From assembly GCA_041658185.1 (NCBI GenBank), contig JBBAAR010000008.1:3723-67722 (forward strand): 64,000 nucleotides of DNA, read 5' to 3'. This stretch comes from Elusimicrobiota bacterium (GTDB taxonomy: Bacteria; Elusimicrobiota; UBA8919). Position numbers and translations under genes: made by a program. Positions 1-9,341 of this stretch are shown in pieces; positions within the stretch are counted from its first letter, which is position 1, and each line of letters starts with the position of its first letter. Under the pieces are notes generated by a model. The model was given only the letters and a program-made list of their open reading frames with translations. It had not been told where the DNA came from and searched no databases.

Positions 1-27
1 AACATTGTAATACTGCCCCTGTCAGTA

Positions 28-381
28 TTACTTTTCAGTATTTTTTAAACTTTCATACACCTGTTTAATGGAGGGTTTAATCGCCGGAATATCTTCCCTG
101 ACTACTTTCCAAACCTTCTCTAAATCAATCTCAAAATAATGATGAACAATTTTATCTCTCATCCGGGCGATTTCCCGCCATGGGACATTTGGATTATCTT
201 TCCTAACCGATAGCGGAATATTCTTAACCGCTTCGCCGATAATTTCAATATTTCTTATAACAGCATCGCTGGTTTTTTTATCCTGCAAAAAATTCTTATA
301 TGTAATACCGTCGGTAAATTCCTCAATACTTTTTATAGCCGTTAATATATCCTTAACAAAAAAACTATGCTCCCGTTTCAT
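28..381 (-). CDS. hepT: HepT-like (DUF86) toxin of a HepT/MntA toxin-antitoxin pair
   Basis: 117 aa. Carries the Rx4HxY-like 'RDKIVHHY' motif typical of DUF86/HepT. Overlaps the upstream nucleotidyltransferase gene by 4 nt, the usual antitoxin-toxin arrangement. Confidence 0.75.
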   Translation of the reverse strand: MKREHSFFVKDILTAIKSIEEFTDGITYKNFLQDKKTSDAVIRNIEIIGEAVKNIPLSVRKDNPNVPWREIARMRDKIVHHYFEIDLEKVWKVVREDIPAIKPSIKQVYESLKNTEK

Positions 382-671
382 AAATAAACCACGCTCTCTA
401 AAATATTTTTCTTTAATTCCTGCCGAATATCTTCTTTCGGAACAACTTCCGTTTTAACACCCAAAATATCTTCAAGGTATATTTCCAATCCGGCCAATTT
501 CAGAAGGCTTATTGTTTCATTGAAACTAACCAGAATATCAATATCACTTTTTGAGGTTTGTATGCCTCTGATATAAGAACCGAAAACACCTATTTTTTTA
601 ACCTTGTATTTTTTCCTTATTTCGTCTTTGTGCTTTTGAATTATATTTTTGATTTCTTCAAATGTTTTCAT
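378..671 (-). CDS. mntA: MntA-like minimal nucleotidyltransferase antitoxin
   Basis: 97 aa. 'GVFGSYIRG...SDIDILV' is the GS...D.D motif of the minimal nucleotidyltransferase fold. Translationally coupled to hepT. Confidence 0.75.
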   Translation of the reverse strand: MKTFEEIKNIIQKHKDEIRKKYKVKKIGVFGSYIRGIQTSKSDIDILVSFNETISLLKLAGLEIYLEDILGVKTEVVPKEDIRQELKKNILESVVYL

Positions 672-959
672 AGCAGAAATTATACCAAAAAAAATGAAAA
701 AGTCAAATAAAAAAACGACCGTTCACAACCCAGCCGTTTATTGTCATTGCGAGGACGTAAATCGCCCGCGGCAATCCCGATGTTAAAATATTGTACCTGT
801 CCCCTTTTTATATAATTTGAAACCGCAGATACATCCCGTAAGCGGGACAGACGCCGATTTACGCAGATTAAAAACTACAAATCACTATTATTCTTTTGAA
901 TTTATCTGTGTTCATCTGTGGTTCCATTTTTTGCATTACAGAACCTTAACTTGTATTTT

Positions 960-2867
960 TCACTGATTTATCTGTATATCATCCACATACATCTTTGCGC
1001 CGGGGGCGGTTGAGAATCCCTCTATCTTCAGTTTGAGTACTCCGTTACGGTTCGGTGTGCCGGAAACCTGCAACTGTTCCCATGTGTCGGAAGAGGCACT
1101 CATCGTTGCATTGCTGTTCACTCCCAGATTGTACAGTGTTAATTTTGGCTTTGTTGCACTGCCGTAACTTGTGTTGTATCTTATGTATGCTGTTATTGTT
1201 ACAAGTTGTCCTGATTTCGCAGCAACTTCCCACTCCCACAAACCATCTCCGACAAATCCGAAACTGTTCGGGCCTGTCCTTACCGTCGTCTTCTCCTGAT
1301 ACGTCCCCGGTTTTGTCCGCCAACTTACAGTCGCCGAATTGTTTGAACCTGCTGTGTTTATCGCTTGTACATATCGGCTATATTGCTTGTTTCTTGTCAG
1401 CCCTGTTTCTTCATAATATATCGTGTCAGCCGGTAATGTCGCGAGCAAGCCGCCTGTTGATGTATAAATCTTGAAATTATCCTCCTGCGATGCTCCGGAT
1501 GAGTTGTCAGTCCAGTACCAGGTTATCTTCGTGAACGTGTTTGCCGTAACAGAACTTATCGCAGGCGCACTCGGAGTGACGGCGGGCGCGAAAAGATTAT
1601 CAATATAAAAAGTATTGGCTGCGTCTGCGTTGACTATGGTTACTATTATCCGGTCTATAACATCTTTGTTGGCATTGGATACCGCTGATATGTCCCAGGT
1701 TACTGTCTGATAGGTATCCGCCGGTGTGATGTTAGGCGTTATCTCCGTTGTCGTTCCGCCGGAGTCGTGGATACCTATTTTTATATTGCTCCCCGTTCTT
1801 GAAGAGCGGACATCAAACTTGATTTGTGTCCTATCGGATAAATTTATCGTAGGTGAAACGGTACGAGTGAGGGTTTTGTTGAGCGATGTGGTTATTGTTG
1901 AAGTGGACTTTAGTGCGTAAGAACCTTGCGTTTTGATAGTGGATTCAGAAAAGTCCTGTAGTCCCGGAATTGGGTATCTTACTATGACGATGCCGGAACC
2001 ACCGGCGCCGCCACCCGTATTTGTGCCTGCTTGATTCGCTCCTCCACCACCACCTCCAGTATTTGGTGTTCCTGCCGTTCCATTACTAGGTGCAGCACCA
2101 GAACCTGCTCCACCACCACCTGAACCACCGGCTACATTTGCATATAAAACACCACCACCCCCACCAGCATAAATAACAGATGTGCCAGAAATAGAAGATG
2201 CAATCCCATTACCGCCAGCACCTAACCCACCGGCAGCAGAAGCACCGCCTCCACCACCGCCCTTACTTGGCCCATCCGGGGTTGCTCCGGCAAAACCTTG
2301 TTCAGATGTTCCTGTGCCAGCAACAGTTTGATTATGAGAACCACCACCTCCAGAACCACCAGAGTTACCACTATTCGGTGAGGAAGCACCACCACCGCCA
2401 CCAATGGCAGTTATTGTACTAAAAACAGAATTTTCGCCATTGTTTCCAGAACTAGAACTTGTTCTGGCCGCACCGCCAGCACCCACAGTTACAGTATATG
2501 CCTGCGCAGTTACAACAAATCCTGTACTAGTTCTAAAACCGCCCGCACCACCACCGCCACCTTCATATCCACTGCTAGTACCATTTCCACCCGCTCCGCC
2601 ACCAGCAACCACAAGCACTTCCACATTCGTGGCGACATTTATCGTGAATGTTCCGTTGCTCATAAAGGTATGAATCCGGTAACCGCCGACCTCTGTTATC
2701 GTTCCGCCGGTAGCAGAAACACCAGCATTACTCAGATATGCCGCCTGTGCATTGACATCTGAATTATACTCCATATAATCAAGTTCCAAAGAAGTTGCAG
2801 CTACGGATGTCGGCACAAAAGCGAGCAAACTGAGAATAGAAATCAAATAACCAAGTCTTTTAATCAT
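960..2867 (-). CDS. Secreted glycine-rich repeat surface protein with an FN3-like domain and a C-terminal beta-sandwich
   Basis: 635 aa. N-terminal signal peptide. Long Gly/Ala/Ser/Thr low-complexity tracts (GGGGAGG repeats). An FN3-like segment ('ITWYWTDNS...YSRYVQAINTAG'). No enzymatic motif. Confidence 0.6.
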   Translation of the reverse strand: MIKRLGYLISILSLLAFVPTSVAATSLELDYMEYNSDVNAQAAYLSNAGVSATGGTITEVGGYRIHTFMSNGTFTINVATNVEVLVVAGGGAGGNGTSSGYEGGGGGAGGFRTSTGFVVTAQAYTVTVGAGGAARTSSSSGNNGENSVFSTITAIGGGGGASSPNSGNSGGSGGGGSHNQTVAGTGTSEQGFAGATPDGPSKGGGGGGASAAGGLGAGGNGIASSISGTSVIYAGGGGGVLYANVAGGSGGGGAGSGAAPSNGTAGTPNTGGGGGGANQAGTNTGGGAGGSGIVIVRYPIPGLQDFSESTIKTQGSYALKSTSTITTSLNKTLTRTVSPTINLSDRTQIKFDVRSSRTGSNIKIGIHDSGGTTTEITPNITPADTYQTVTWDISAVSNANKDVIDRIIVTIVNADAANTFYIDNLFAPAVTPSAPAISSVTANTFTKITWYWTDNSSGASQEDNFKIYTSTGGLLATLPADTIYYEETGLTRNKQYSRYVQAINTAGSNNSATVSWRTKPGTYQEKTTVRTGPNSFGFVGDGLWEWEVAAKSGQLVTITAYIRYNTSYGSATKPKLTLYNLGVNSNATMSASSDTWEQLQVSGTPNRNGVLKLKIEGFSTAPGAKMYVDDIQINQ

Positions 2868-2962
2868 ATTTCACCTCTAAATAGGAAATAAAAAACCAGC
2901 CCACATACTTGTGAACTGGTTTCTTTCTTTATTACTTCTATTTACCTTATCCTTACAAGGAT

Positions 2963-2990
2963 AGATAGATAGATAGATAGATAGATAAGG
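2963..2990. repeat. (GATA)7 tetranucleotide microsatellite
   Basis: ggATAGATAGATAGATAGATAGATAGATAagg lies ~100 bp upstream of the start (2867) of the Gly-rich surface protein gene. Confidence 0.9.
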
Positions 2991-3182
2991 AACTTAAATA
3001 ACGAAATTTATGCGTTTTAATGATATTTGTCAGCGTTTTCATACTATTATTATACATAATCTATTGTAACTTTTGGGTAACTTATTTGTAACTTATTTGT
3101 GACTTTATTTGCAGGCGTTATTATACATTTCTTCTCTTACGGCAAAAGTATAACAAAAAACTCTAATCCTGTCAAGTGATTT

Positions 3183-3995
3183 TTAATCTATATGATGTTC
3201 CAAATGTAAATGCGGGTGAACGTGAATTTTATTTTTATGCATATGGCTGTGAATATGAATGAGGTTATTGTCCCGAAGCAACTGTTCGTCTTTTAGAATT
3301 TCATCCGGTTTGCCGGATTTGATTATTTTTTTTTCACGACTGAAGACATAAACCGTATCCGATATTTCCTCAACGATATGCATATCATGGGTGGAGGTAA
3401 TGATTGTTTTACCGGCTTTATTTGCCTGAAGTAGCAAATTTATAATGTGTCTTGTCGTTAAAGGATCAAGCCCGGAAGAAGGCTCATCCAGGATAAGGAC
3501 ATCCGGATTTATCATCAATACCGAGGCAATGGCAACTTTTCGTTTTTCGCCTATGCTTAACTGGTGGGGCGACCTATTCAACAAGTCCGCAATATCCAAT
3601 AGATTGACAAGTTCATACAGCCGTTTTTGAATCTCCTCTTTTTCAACTCCGAAATGCAGCGGCCCGAAAACAATATCCTCCTTTACCGTCGGACAAAACA
3701 ACTGGACGTCGGAATTCTGAAAAACCAGCCCTACTTTCTTTCTAAAATTTTTTGAGAAATCCTCGTCGTTAAAATCATTTTCCTTGAATCCTTTACCAAA
3801 AACCTTGATAGCGCCTTTATCGGGGAAAATGAGTCCGTCAAGCATATGTAAAAGCGTGGATTTCCCGCAACCGTTCGCACCGATGAGAGTTATTTTTTCT
3901 CCCTGCCTGATATTTATATCTATACCGCATAGTGCAGGAAATTTTCCGAGATACGAAAAATGCACATCCTTTAATTCAAAAATTAGATTATCCAT
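3183..3995 (-). CDS. cbiO: ECF/cobalt-nickel transporter ATPase (CbiO/NikO-like) with a His-rich C-terminal tail
   Basis: Walker A 'GANGCGKST', ABC signature 'LSIGEKRKV', Walker B 'ILDEP'. C-terminal tail 'HIHSHMHKNKIHVHPHLHLEHHID'. Confidence 0.85.
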   Translation of the reverse strand: MDNLIFELKDVHFSYLGKFPALCGIDINIRQGEKITLIGANGCGKSTLLHMLDGLIFPDKGAIKVFGKGFKENDFNDEDFSKNFRKKVGLVFQNSDVQLFCPTVKEDIVFGPLHFGVEKEEIQKRLYELVNLLDIADLLNRSPHQLSIGEKRKVAIASVLMINPDVLILDEPSSGLDPLTTRHIINLLLQANKAGKTIITSTHDMHIVEEISDTVYVFSREKKIIKSGKPDEILKDEQLLRDNNLIHIHSHMHKNKIHVHPHLHLEHHID

Positions 3996-4824
3996 AATTA
4001 AAATACAACACCCCGGCGGAAATTATTACGACCAGACATAACCACAGCCAATCTTCTGTTTTGATTTTGAAATCATCCAGTGCAACTGATTCTCCGCGAT
4101 ATCCCCTGGAAAGCATCGCCTTATATACATCTTCATTCAATTGATACGAACGCTGCCAAAGAAATGCAATATTCCATGCAACAAGATGCTGTCCTGTTTT
4201 GTAATGAACTTTTGTTCCGATGCGGCTTTTAACGGCAAGATAAGTGTTTTCTATAATCTCTATAAACAGGTAGATGTACCTGTAACACATTCCGACCGTC
4301 ATCACAAATACCTGCGGGATTCCGAAAATCCGCAAAACCTTAAGCAATTCAAAATGCTTGGTCGTAATGCTTAAAAGAACGGCAAAAGATACTGAGGTCA
4401 TCACACGCACGACAAATAAAGATGCCCCAAAAAATCCCTGACGGGTAATTGTAAGTTTAATTCCGGATATGTTTAAGACAGCCAGCGTTTCACCCGGCGT
4501 AAAAATGCTAAACATAGCAGGGAACGCAATAAAAAGAGAAAACAAGGGAATAAATATCCAGGTTCGCTTTAAGAAAAACCCTAAGTTGATTTTAGAAATA
4601 GAGCCCAGCAACAAACACAACGCATACAGGTAAAATAAGATACGGATATTCTTTGTAAGAATTATCAGAACGATCAACATCAAGAAAGTTATTGTTTTTA
4701 TTCTGGGATCTAATGACTGCAAAAATCCTCTCTTCAAAGCATATTCATCGGCAAAGACGGATTCTTTTAAAAAGTGTAGAGCGCCCGCAAGGGAGCGCTC
4801 TATAAAATTATTACTTTTTGACAT
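3988..4824 (-). CDS. cbiQ: ECF transporter transmembrane T component (CbiQ-like)
   Basis: 278 aa polytopic membrane protein. Overlaps cbiO by 8 nt and sits in the cbiM-N-Q-O order. Confidence 0.75.
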   Translation of the reverse strand: MSKSNNFIERSLAGALHFLKESVFADEYALKRGFLQSLDPRIKTITFLMLIVLIILTKNIRILFYLYALCLLLGSISKINLGFFLKRTWIFIPLFSLFIAFPAMFSIFTPGETLAVLNISGIKLTITRQGFFGASLFVVRVMTSVSFAVLLSITTKHFELLKVLRIFGIPQVFVMTVGMCYRYIYLFIEIIENTYLAVKSRIGTKVHYKTGQHLVAWNIAFLWQRSYQLNEDVYKAMLSRGYRGESVALDDFKIKTEDWLWLCLVVIISAGVLYFNYG

Positions 4825-5143
4825 TTAATAATTTTCCTATACCCGTTATGACGAGCACAATCAGTCCGATTCCTACGATGGCTGATATTATATAAGCAAA
4901 ACTTAACTGCGATAGTCCCTTTTCTTCCCAGCCCTTAAAAGCGTAATCCGGCATAGGAGCATTCCAAATGCTCGCGAACTTTTTGAGTCCTTGAGGAATA
5001 TAACCTACGAGTTTTTGCATTTCGTTTGCACTCCATTCGCCCCAGGCAGAGCCGGCTTTAAAATGCTCCGGTAATATAAGCCCGAGCGGAGAAAGTATAA
5101 CCAATACCGCCAGCCCCAGCCAAAGTTTAGTAGTAATCTTCAT
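4811..5143 (-). CDS. cbiN: CbiN-like small membrane component of the Ni/Co uptake system
   Basis: 110 aa with two TM segments. Positioned between cbiM and cbiQ and overlaps both. Confidence 0.65.
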   Translation of the reverse strand: MKITTKLWLGLAVLVILSPLGLILPEHFKAGSAWGEWSANEMQKLVGYIPQGLKKFASIWNAPMPDYAFKGWEEKGLSQLSFAYIISAIVGIGLIVLVITGIGKLLNVKK

Positions 5144-5826
5144 CAGTTTTTCCTCCCTTCTTCAAGAAGTTCCGTAGAATGTTTCTGCAGATATTTTATT
5201 ACAAGGGCAGTTACAATCGCTTCCACCCATCCAAAAATCAACAGGTGTTCTCCCAACATTACAGGCAAGGCGACATTTAATCCATAAGGACAATAGAGTG
5301 CCTGTCCGCTTGCTGTTTTATGTAACAGGGGCTGGATACCGAACTCAAATCCGGTAAGTCCTGCAGCAATATTAAGGGCTACATAACCGGCAATGCCTGC
5401 GGCAATGACTCTTCTATTTGAATATGCAGAAGAATTGTAACTAATCGTTTTATAGATGTAATACCCGGCAAATGGAAGCACAAAAGCCATGTTAAAACAG
5501 TTAGCGCCGATTGCCGTAATGCCTCCATCACCGAATAAAAGCGCCTGAATCACAAGTGCCACGGTAATGGCGATACTTGCCGCCCATGGTCCAAGAAGTA
5601 TTGCAACCAAAACGCCGCCTACGGCATGCCCGGTTGTCCCGCCGGGTATCGGCACATTGAACATCATTATCACAAAACTGAATGCCGCACCTATTGCCAG
5701 AAGCGGCACCTGTTTCGCTTTGAGTGTATTCTTAACAATCTTTGAAGCGACTGCCCATATTGGAATCATAACTGCATAGAAAAATCCGCAGGTTACCGGT
5801 CCTAAATATCCGTCTGGTATGTGCAT
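5143..5826 (-). CDS. cbiM: CbiM/NikM substrate-specific component of the Ni/Co ECF transporter
   Basis: N-terminus 'MHIPDGYL' is the conserved CbiM/NikM start. 227 aa, multi-TM. Confidence 0.85.
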   Translation of the reverse strand: MHIPDGYLGPVTCGFFYAVMIPIWAVASKIVKNTLKAKQVPLLAIGAAFSFVIMMFNVPIPGGTTGHAVGGVLVAILLGPWAASIAITVALVIQALLFGDGGITAIGANCFNMAFVLPFAGYYIYKTISYNSSAYSNRRVIAAGIAGYVALNIAAGLTGFEFGIQPLLHKTASGQALYCPYGLNVALPVMLGEHLLIFGWVEAIVTALVIKYLQKHSTELLEEGRKN

Positions 5827-5838
5827 ATTAACCTCCCG

Positions 5839-6507
5839 TTAAAATTCTGTGTGAAATCCAAAAGAGATTTTCTCTCCTGTATTTTTGAACCCCTTCCCAT
5901 AAGCAAAATTCAGCGAAGAAATATCGGCAAGTTTGTATCGGACTCCTAATAGGTAATTCTGAAGCCCAATTTTTTCGCCGACAACTTCACCCACTAAATC
6001 AATTTTTTCCAACGGGTATTCAATCGCGGAACTGTAAATTATTTCGCCTTCTGTGTTTTCATCGCCAGAAACCGCATAGCCAATATTTGCGTGAACGGTG
6101 ACGGGTTGGATTTCCCTTGAAAAAATACCGTTCAAAAAATATTCTGAAGAACCAAGTTCATTGTTGACGGTTAAAGCAAAAATATCTTTCAGCAAAAGGA
6201 ATTTGAAACCAAGCGTCGTCATCCCAAGCGGTTCCGCCGGTTTCGGCTCTACCTGATATGGGAATGAAATCCCAATGTCCATTTTTTCCGTAATTCCGTG
6301 TTTCAGCGATAAACCGCAGGAGTGATTTCTGAAAATATTTTCATCCTTACAATTATCATACCCCACTTCCAATTCATACTTTCCAATTTCAACGGTCCCG
6401 ATATCATCCGTCGTTAACGGATGAGCCGCAAACAAAACAGAACCCCATAAAACAACCAAACAAAAACCAAACGCTTTTCTCAACATACTTTTTGCCTCCA
6501 TTTTCAA
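5839..6507 (-). CDS. Outer-membrane beta-barrel-like protein co-transcribed with the Ni/Co transporter
   Basis: Signal peptide, alternating hydrophobic pattern, C-terminal '...GFHTEF' ending in Phe as in OMPs. The ORF track starts it at a TTG; the ATG at 6499-6501 is the likelier start. Confidence 0.5.
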   Translation of the reverse strand: MKMEAKSMLRKAFGFCLVVLWGSVLFAAHPLTTDDIGTVEIGKYELEVGYDNCKDENIFRNHSCGLSLKHGITEKMDIGISFPYQVEPKPAEPLGMTTLGFKFLLLKDIFALTVNNELGSSEYFLNGIFSREIQPVTVHANIGYAVSGDENTEGEIIYSSAIEYPLEKIDLVGEVVGEKIGLQNYLLGVRYKLADISSLNFAYGKGFKNTGEKISFGFHTEF

Positions 6508-6578
6508 TTAGACCAATTGGACTAATTGGATTTTTTGCTACAATTATAAAAATCGTGCTACTTATAAAACAAAAAAAA

Positions 6579-6992
6579 TTATACTTCCTTCCCCGTTGTT
6601 GACATGCTTAATGCTGTGTGTTTCACGCCTTTTATTGACTTTAATATATCCGATAGTTTTCTGGCTTCACTGGATTTCCCTCTAACCGCAATTATTTCCA
6701 GACAATTATCATGGTCTAAATGAATATGCTGCGTTGAAATAATTAAGTCGTGAAAATCGTGCTGTATATCCGTAAGTTTATCCGCAAGTTCTCTTTTGTG
6801 GTGATCGTAGATAAGGGTTATCGCTCCGGCGATTTCCTTGCCCTCCTGCCATTCCTTCTTTATTAGTTCCTGGCGAATTAAATCGCGAAATGCCTCCGAA
6901 CGATTTGTATAGTTTCTGGATCTTATAAGTTTATCAAATTTATCAAGCAGGGTCTTTTCTAATGAAACGCCGAACCTGAATAATTTTTCCAT
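6579..6992 (-). CDS. nikR: Nickel-responsive regulator NikR (RHH + ACT-like metal-binding domain)
   Basis: 'MEKLFRFGVSLEKTLLDKFDKLI...NRSEAFRDLIR' is the ribbon-helix-helix N-terminus. The C-terminal H/C-rich domain contains 'HDFHDLIISTQHIHLDHDNCLE'. Start taken at the internal Met, since the NikR N-terminus begins at the RHH. Confidence 0.8.
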   Translation of the reverse strand: MEKLFRFGVSLEKTLLDKFDKLIRSRNYTNRSEAFRDLIRQELIKKEWQEGKEIAGAITLIYDHHKRELADKLTDIQHDFHDLIISTQHIHLDHDNCLEIIAVRGKSSEARKLSDILKSIKGVKHTALSMSTTGKEV

Positions 6993-7109
6993 AGTAGCAC
7001 CTTTCCGGCAATTGTAGCACAAAATCCAAATTCTGTCAAGTACTTTTTTTTATTTTTGAAAGTTTATTTCCTGAGGTAAGGCAATCGGAGAGTCTTTGCC
7101 GGCGGAAAA

Positions 7110-8222
7110 TCACTTTTTAGCCATTAGATACCCGGAAGATATCGCGGTAAATGGTACCGCAAGTAAGAAACCTATGGAACCGGCGACGGTCTGAAACACA
7201 ACTATAAAAAACCATTCATTATTAAAAAGGTTTGTTAAAGAACGGATTGAAACGGTCAAAGAAATAATTAAAACCAGTTCCGCACCGAAATAGGCGAGAA
7301 CAAGCGTATTGGAAACAACGGATGATATATCCCGTCCCACATTCATTCCATAATGTATCAGTTCCTTTCTTGATATGCCGGACCTTTTTAATACAATCTG
7401 CTCCATTGAAGAAGCAACACAGACAGCGACATCTATAATCACGCCGCACGCACCTATAATTAAAACAGAAAAAAGTAATTGCTGGAAATTGTTAAACGGC
7501 TGTGAAGAATAATTTTTTGAAAAATAGTTAAGAAATTGAACCGGCTCTAATGAAAATCCGTTTATATTCGCAAGCGGATAAAAAATCATGCCGAGAATTA
7601 AAACAAAAATTATGCTCAAAAGTGTTCCGACTATCGCTGATACGGATTTTCTGCTGAATTTCCCGATAAAAAAAATTATCGTTGAGGTGATAAAAAATAC
7701 AATGAAAAGTGAAATTACCAGAGGACTGTATCCATGAATTATTAAAGGCACATAAACAAAAATTATAATTACTATTCCCGCAAAAAGAGTGAAAAGTCCG
7801 CCAAGTTTATTCAGCCCTCCGATAATTAGAACGAATAATAGAAACAAAAATGCCAACAACGCAAGCGATAAAGTTCTGTCATAATCAACCACAGTCGCTT
7901 TGTTGATATTATCCTTATAAGAAATAAGAATCCTGCTACCCGGACGCACATCAATTAAAAATCCTTCTCTGTAATTTGCGGCTTCCGCAATTTGTCCGCG
8001 GGACGCACCGAAAGTAATTTTTACCGACAGAATATCCGACTGCTTATCAGTTTTTATTACCTTGATAACTTTGCCGACGGCATAATTATCTTTTGATTTT
8101 GATATTTCAAGCAAAGGATGAGCATAAAAATCATGTTCCGGCGGTTCGGGCCAAGAATCAGCGAAAATAAAATTGACCGATAACACAAGTAATGAAACCA
8201 AAAGAAAAAAATTCCTGCGCAT
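7110..8222 (-). CDS. YibE/F family membrane protein
   Basis: 370 aa. Signal peptide plus an extracytoplasmic domain, then ~7 TM helices. Paralogous to the upstream gene. Confidence 0.6.
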   Translation of the reverse strand: MRRNFFLLVSLLVLSVNFIFADSWPEPPEHDFYAHPLLEISKSKDNYAVGKVIKVIKTDKQSDILSVKITFGASRGQIAEAANYREGFLIDVRPGSRILISYKDNINKATVVDYDRTLSLALLAFLFLLFVLIIGGLNKLGGLFTLFAGIVIIIFVYVPLIIHGYSPLVISLFIVFFITSTIIFFIGKFSRKSVSAIVGTLLSIIFVLILGMIFYPLANINGFSLEPVQFLNYFSKNYSSQPFNNFQQLLFSVLIIGACGVIIDVAVCVASSMEQIVLKRSGISRKELIHYGMNVGRDISSVVSNTLVLAYFGAELVLIISLTVSIRSLTNLFNNEWFFIVVFQTVAGSIGFLLAVPFTAISSGYLMAKK

Positions 8223-8225
8223 ATT

Positions 8226-9341
8226 TTAATTTTTTGAAATGAAACCCATTAAATAAACCGTCGGTGGAATTGAAACGACAAACGCTAAACTTGAAATAAA
8301 TGCCTGTATTACGACGATAGAAAAAAATTCCCAGTTTATTATTCTTATAAACGGGACATGAAGAACGGTGTAGACCACAATCATTACCAGTGATGTGCTG
8401 ACAAATACGAACAACAAACTGCCCAGCATCCCGCCCAAAACATCCCTGCCTATTTCAAGACCCGATGAGATTAAATCACTTTTTTTAATGTCCGGATTGG
8501 AAATGGAAACTGAATTCATTCCGGAAACAACATCCACAACCACATCAATAACGGCGCCGAGCGAGGCGATAACCGTGCCGCCGGCGATAAGCGATGCAAA
8601 ATCCGTAATTTTCCAACTATCGGAAGTTCTTACCATTGTAATAATCATCCGCGAACCCTCTAAAAAAATTCCTGAAATTTTACTTAACTTTAAAAAAATA
8701 AGCGTAGTAATACCTGCGAATAAAATACCGGCGGTTATACCGCACAATGAAACAAAAGATTTCTTCGTAAAACCGAAAATTAAAAAAATCGTAATAATTG
8801 CCCCTATTAGAGCAACGGCACTGCAACTGATAAGCGGGGAATAACCGTCCTTTATTAGAGGAATAAGCACTTTTACAAGAAGAAAAATATTTAAAAAAAT
8901 AGAAGCGAATGCTCTTGCCCCTTTCCAGCCGCAGACCGAACACAAAACCGCAAAAAAAATCAAAACGGTTAAAAGCAAAAATTTATCCCTGACATATCCT
9001 CTAATAAAAACATTTTCAATTTCACCGCATTCATTTTCCGCTATTGCGACCACTACTACGCTATTTTGTTTTATTTGCGTATTGTAATTTTTTTCGTCCC
9101 ATAAATAATTTTTCACATCAACAATTTTATTTTTGTGTTTGCCGGATATAATTTCCAATGAAACATTTTCAATTTTAACATTTTTTTTTATTTCCGAACT
9201 GCCGATTTTCAGAACCTTCGCTTTAGAGAAAACATCCGCAAAAATATACTGGCAGAGCAAAAGTTCAATAAATAAAAATAAAATGAAGTTTTTCATATGG
9301 TGAAGGAATAAATGGACATTTGTCCATTTATGGTAAATCAA
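8226..9341 (-). CDS. YibE/F family membrane protein (paralog)
   Basis: 371 aa with the same architecture as 7110..8222, arranged in tandem. Confidence 0.6.
   Translation of the reverse strand: MIYHKWTNVHLFLHHMKNFILFLFIELLLCQYIFADVFSKAKVLKIGSSEIKKNVKIENVSLEIISGKHKNKIVDVKNYLWDEKNYNTQIKQNSVVVVAIAENECGEIENVFIRGYVRDKFLLLTVLIFFAVLCSVCGWKGARAFASIFLNIFLLVKVLIPLIKDGYSPLISCSAVALIGAIITIFLIFGFTKKSFVSLCGITAGILFAGITTLIFLKLSKISGIFLEGSRMIITMVRTSDSWKITDFASLIAGGTVIASLGAVIDVVVDVVSGMNSVSISNPDIKKSDLISSGLEIGRDVLGGMLGSLLFVFVSTSLVMIVVYTVLHVPFIRIINWEFFSIVVIQAFISSLAFVVSIPPTVYLMGFISKN

Noticed and set aside
1045-2673. Several 60-140-aa ORFs on both strands inside the Gly-rich protein gene (for example 1055..1474, 2198..2422, 2404..2673).
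   Set aside because: They are entirely embedded in, or antisense to, the 635-aa ORF. Their low-complexity translations (His/Pro-rich) are artefacts of the GGN-rich repeat DNA.
8395-8943. ORFs 8395..8844 (+) and 8680..8943 (-) within the second YibE/F gene.
   Set aside because: They overlap the 371-aa membrane protein ORF and have no motifs. They are likely spurious.
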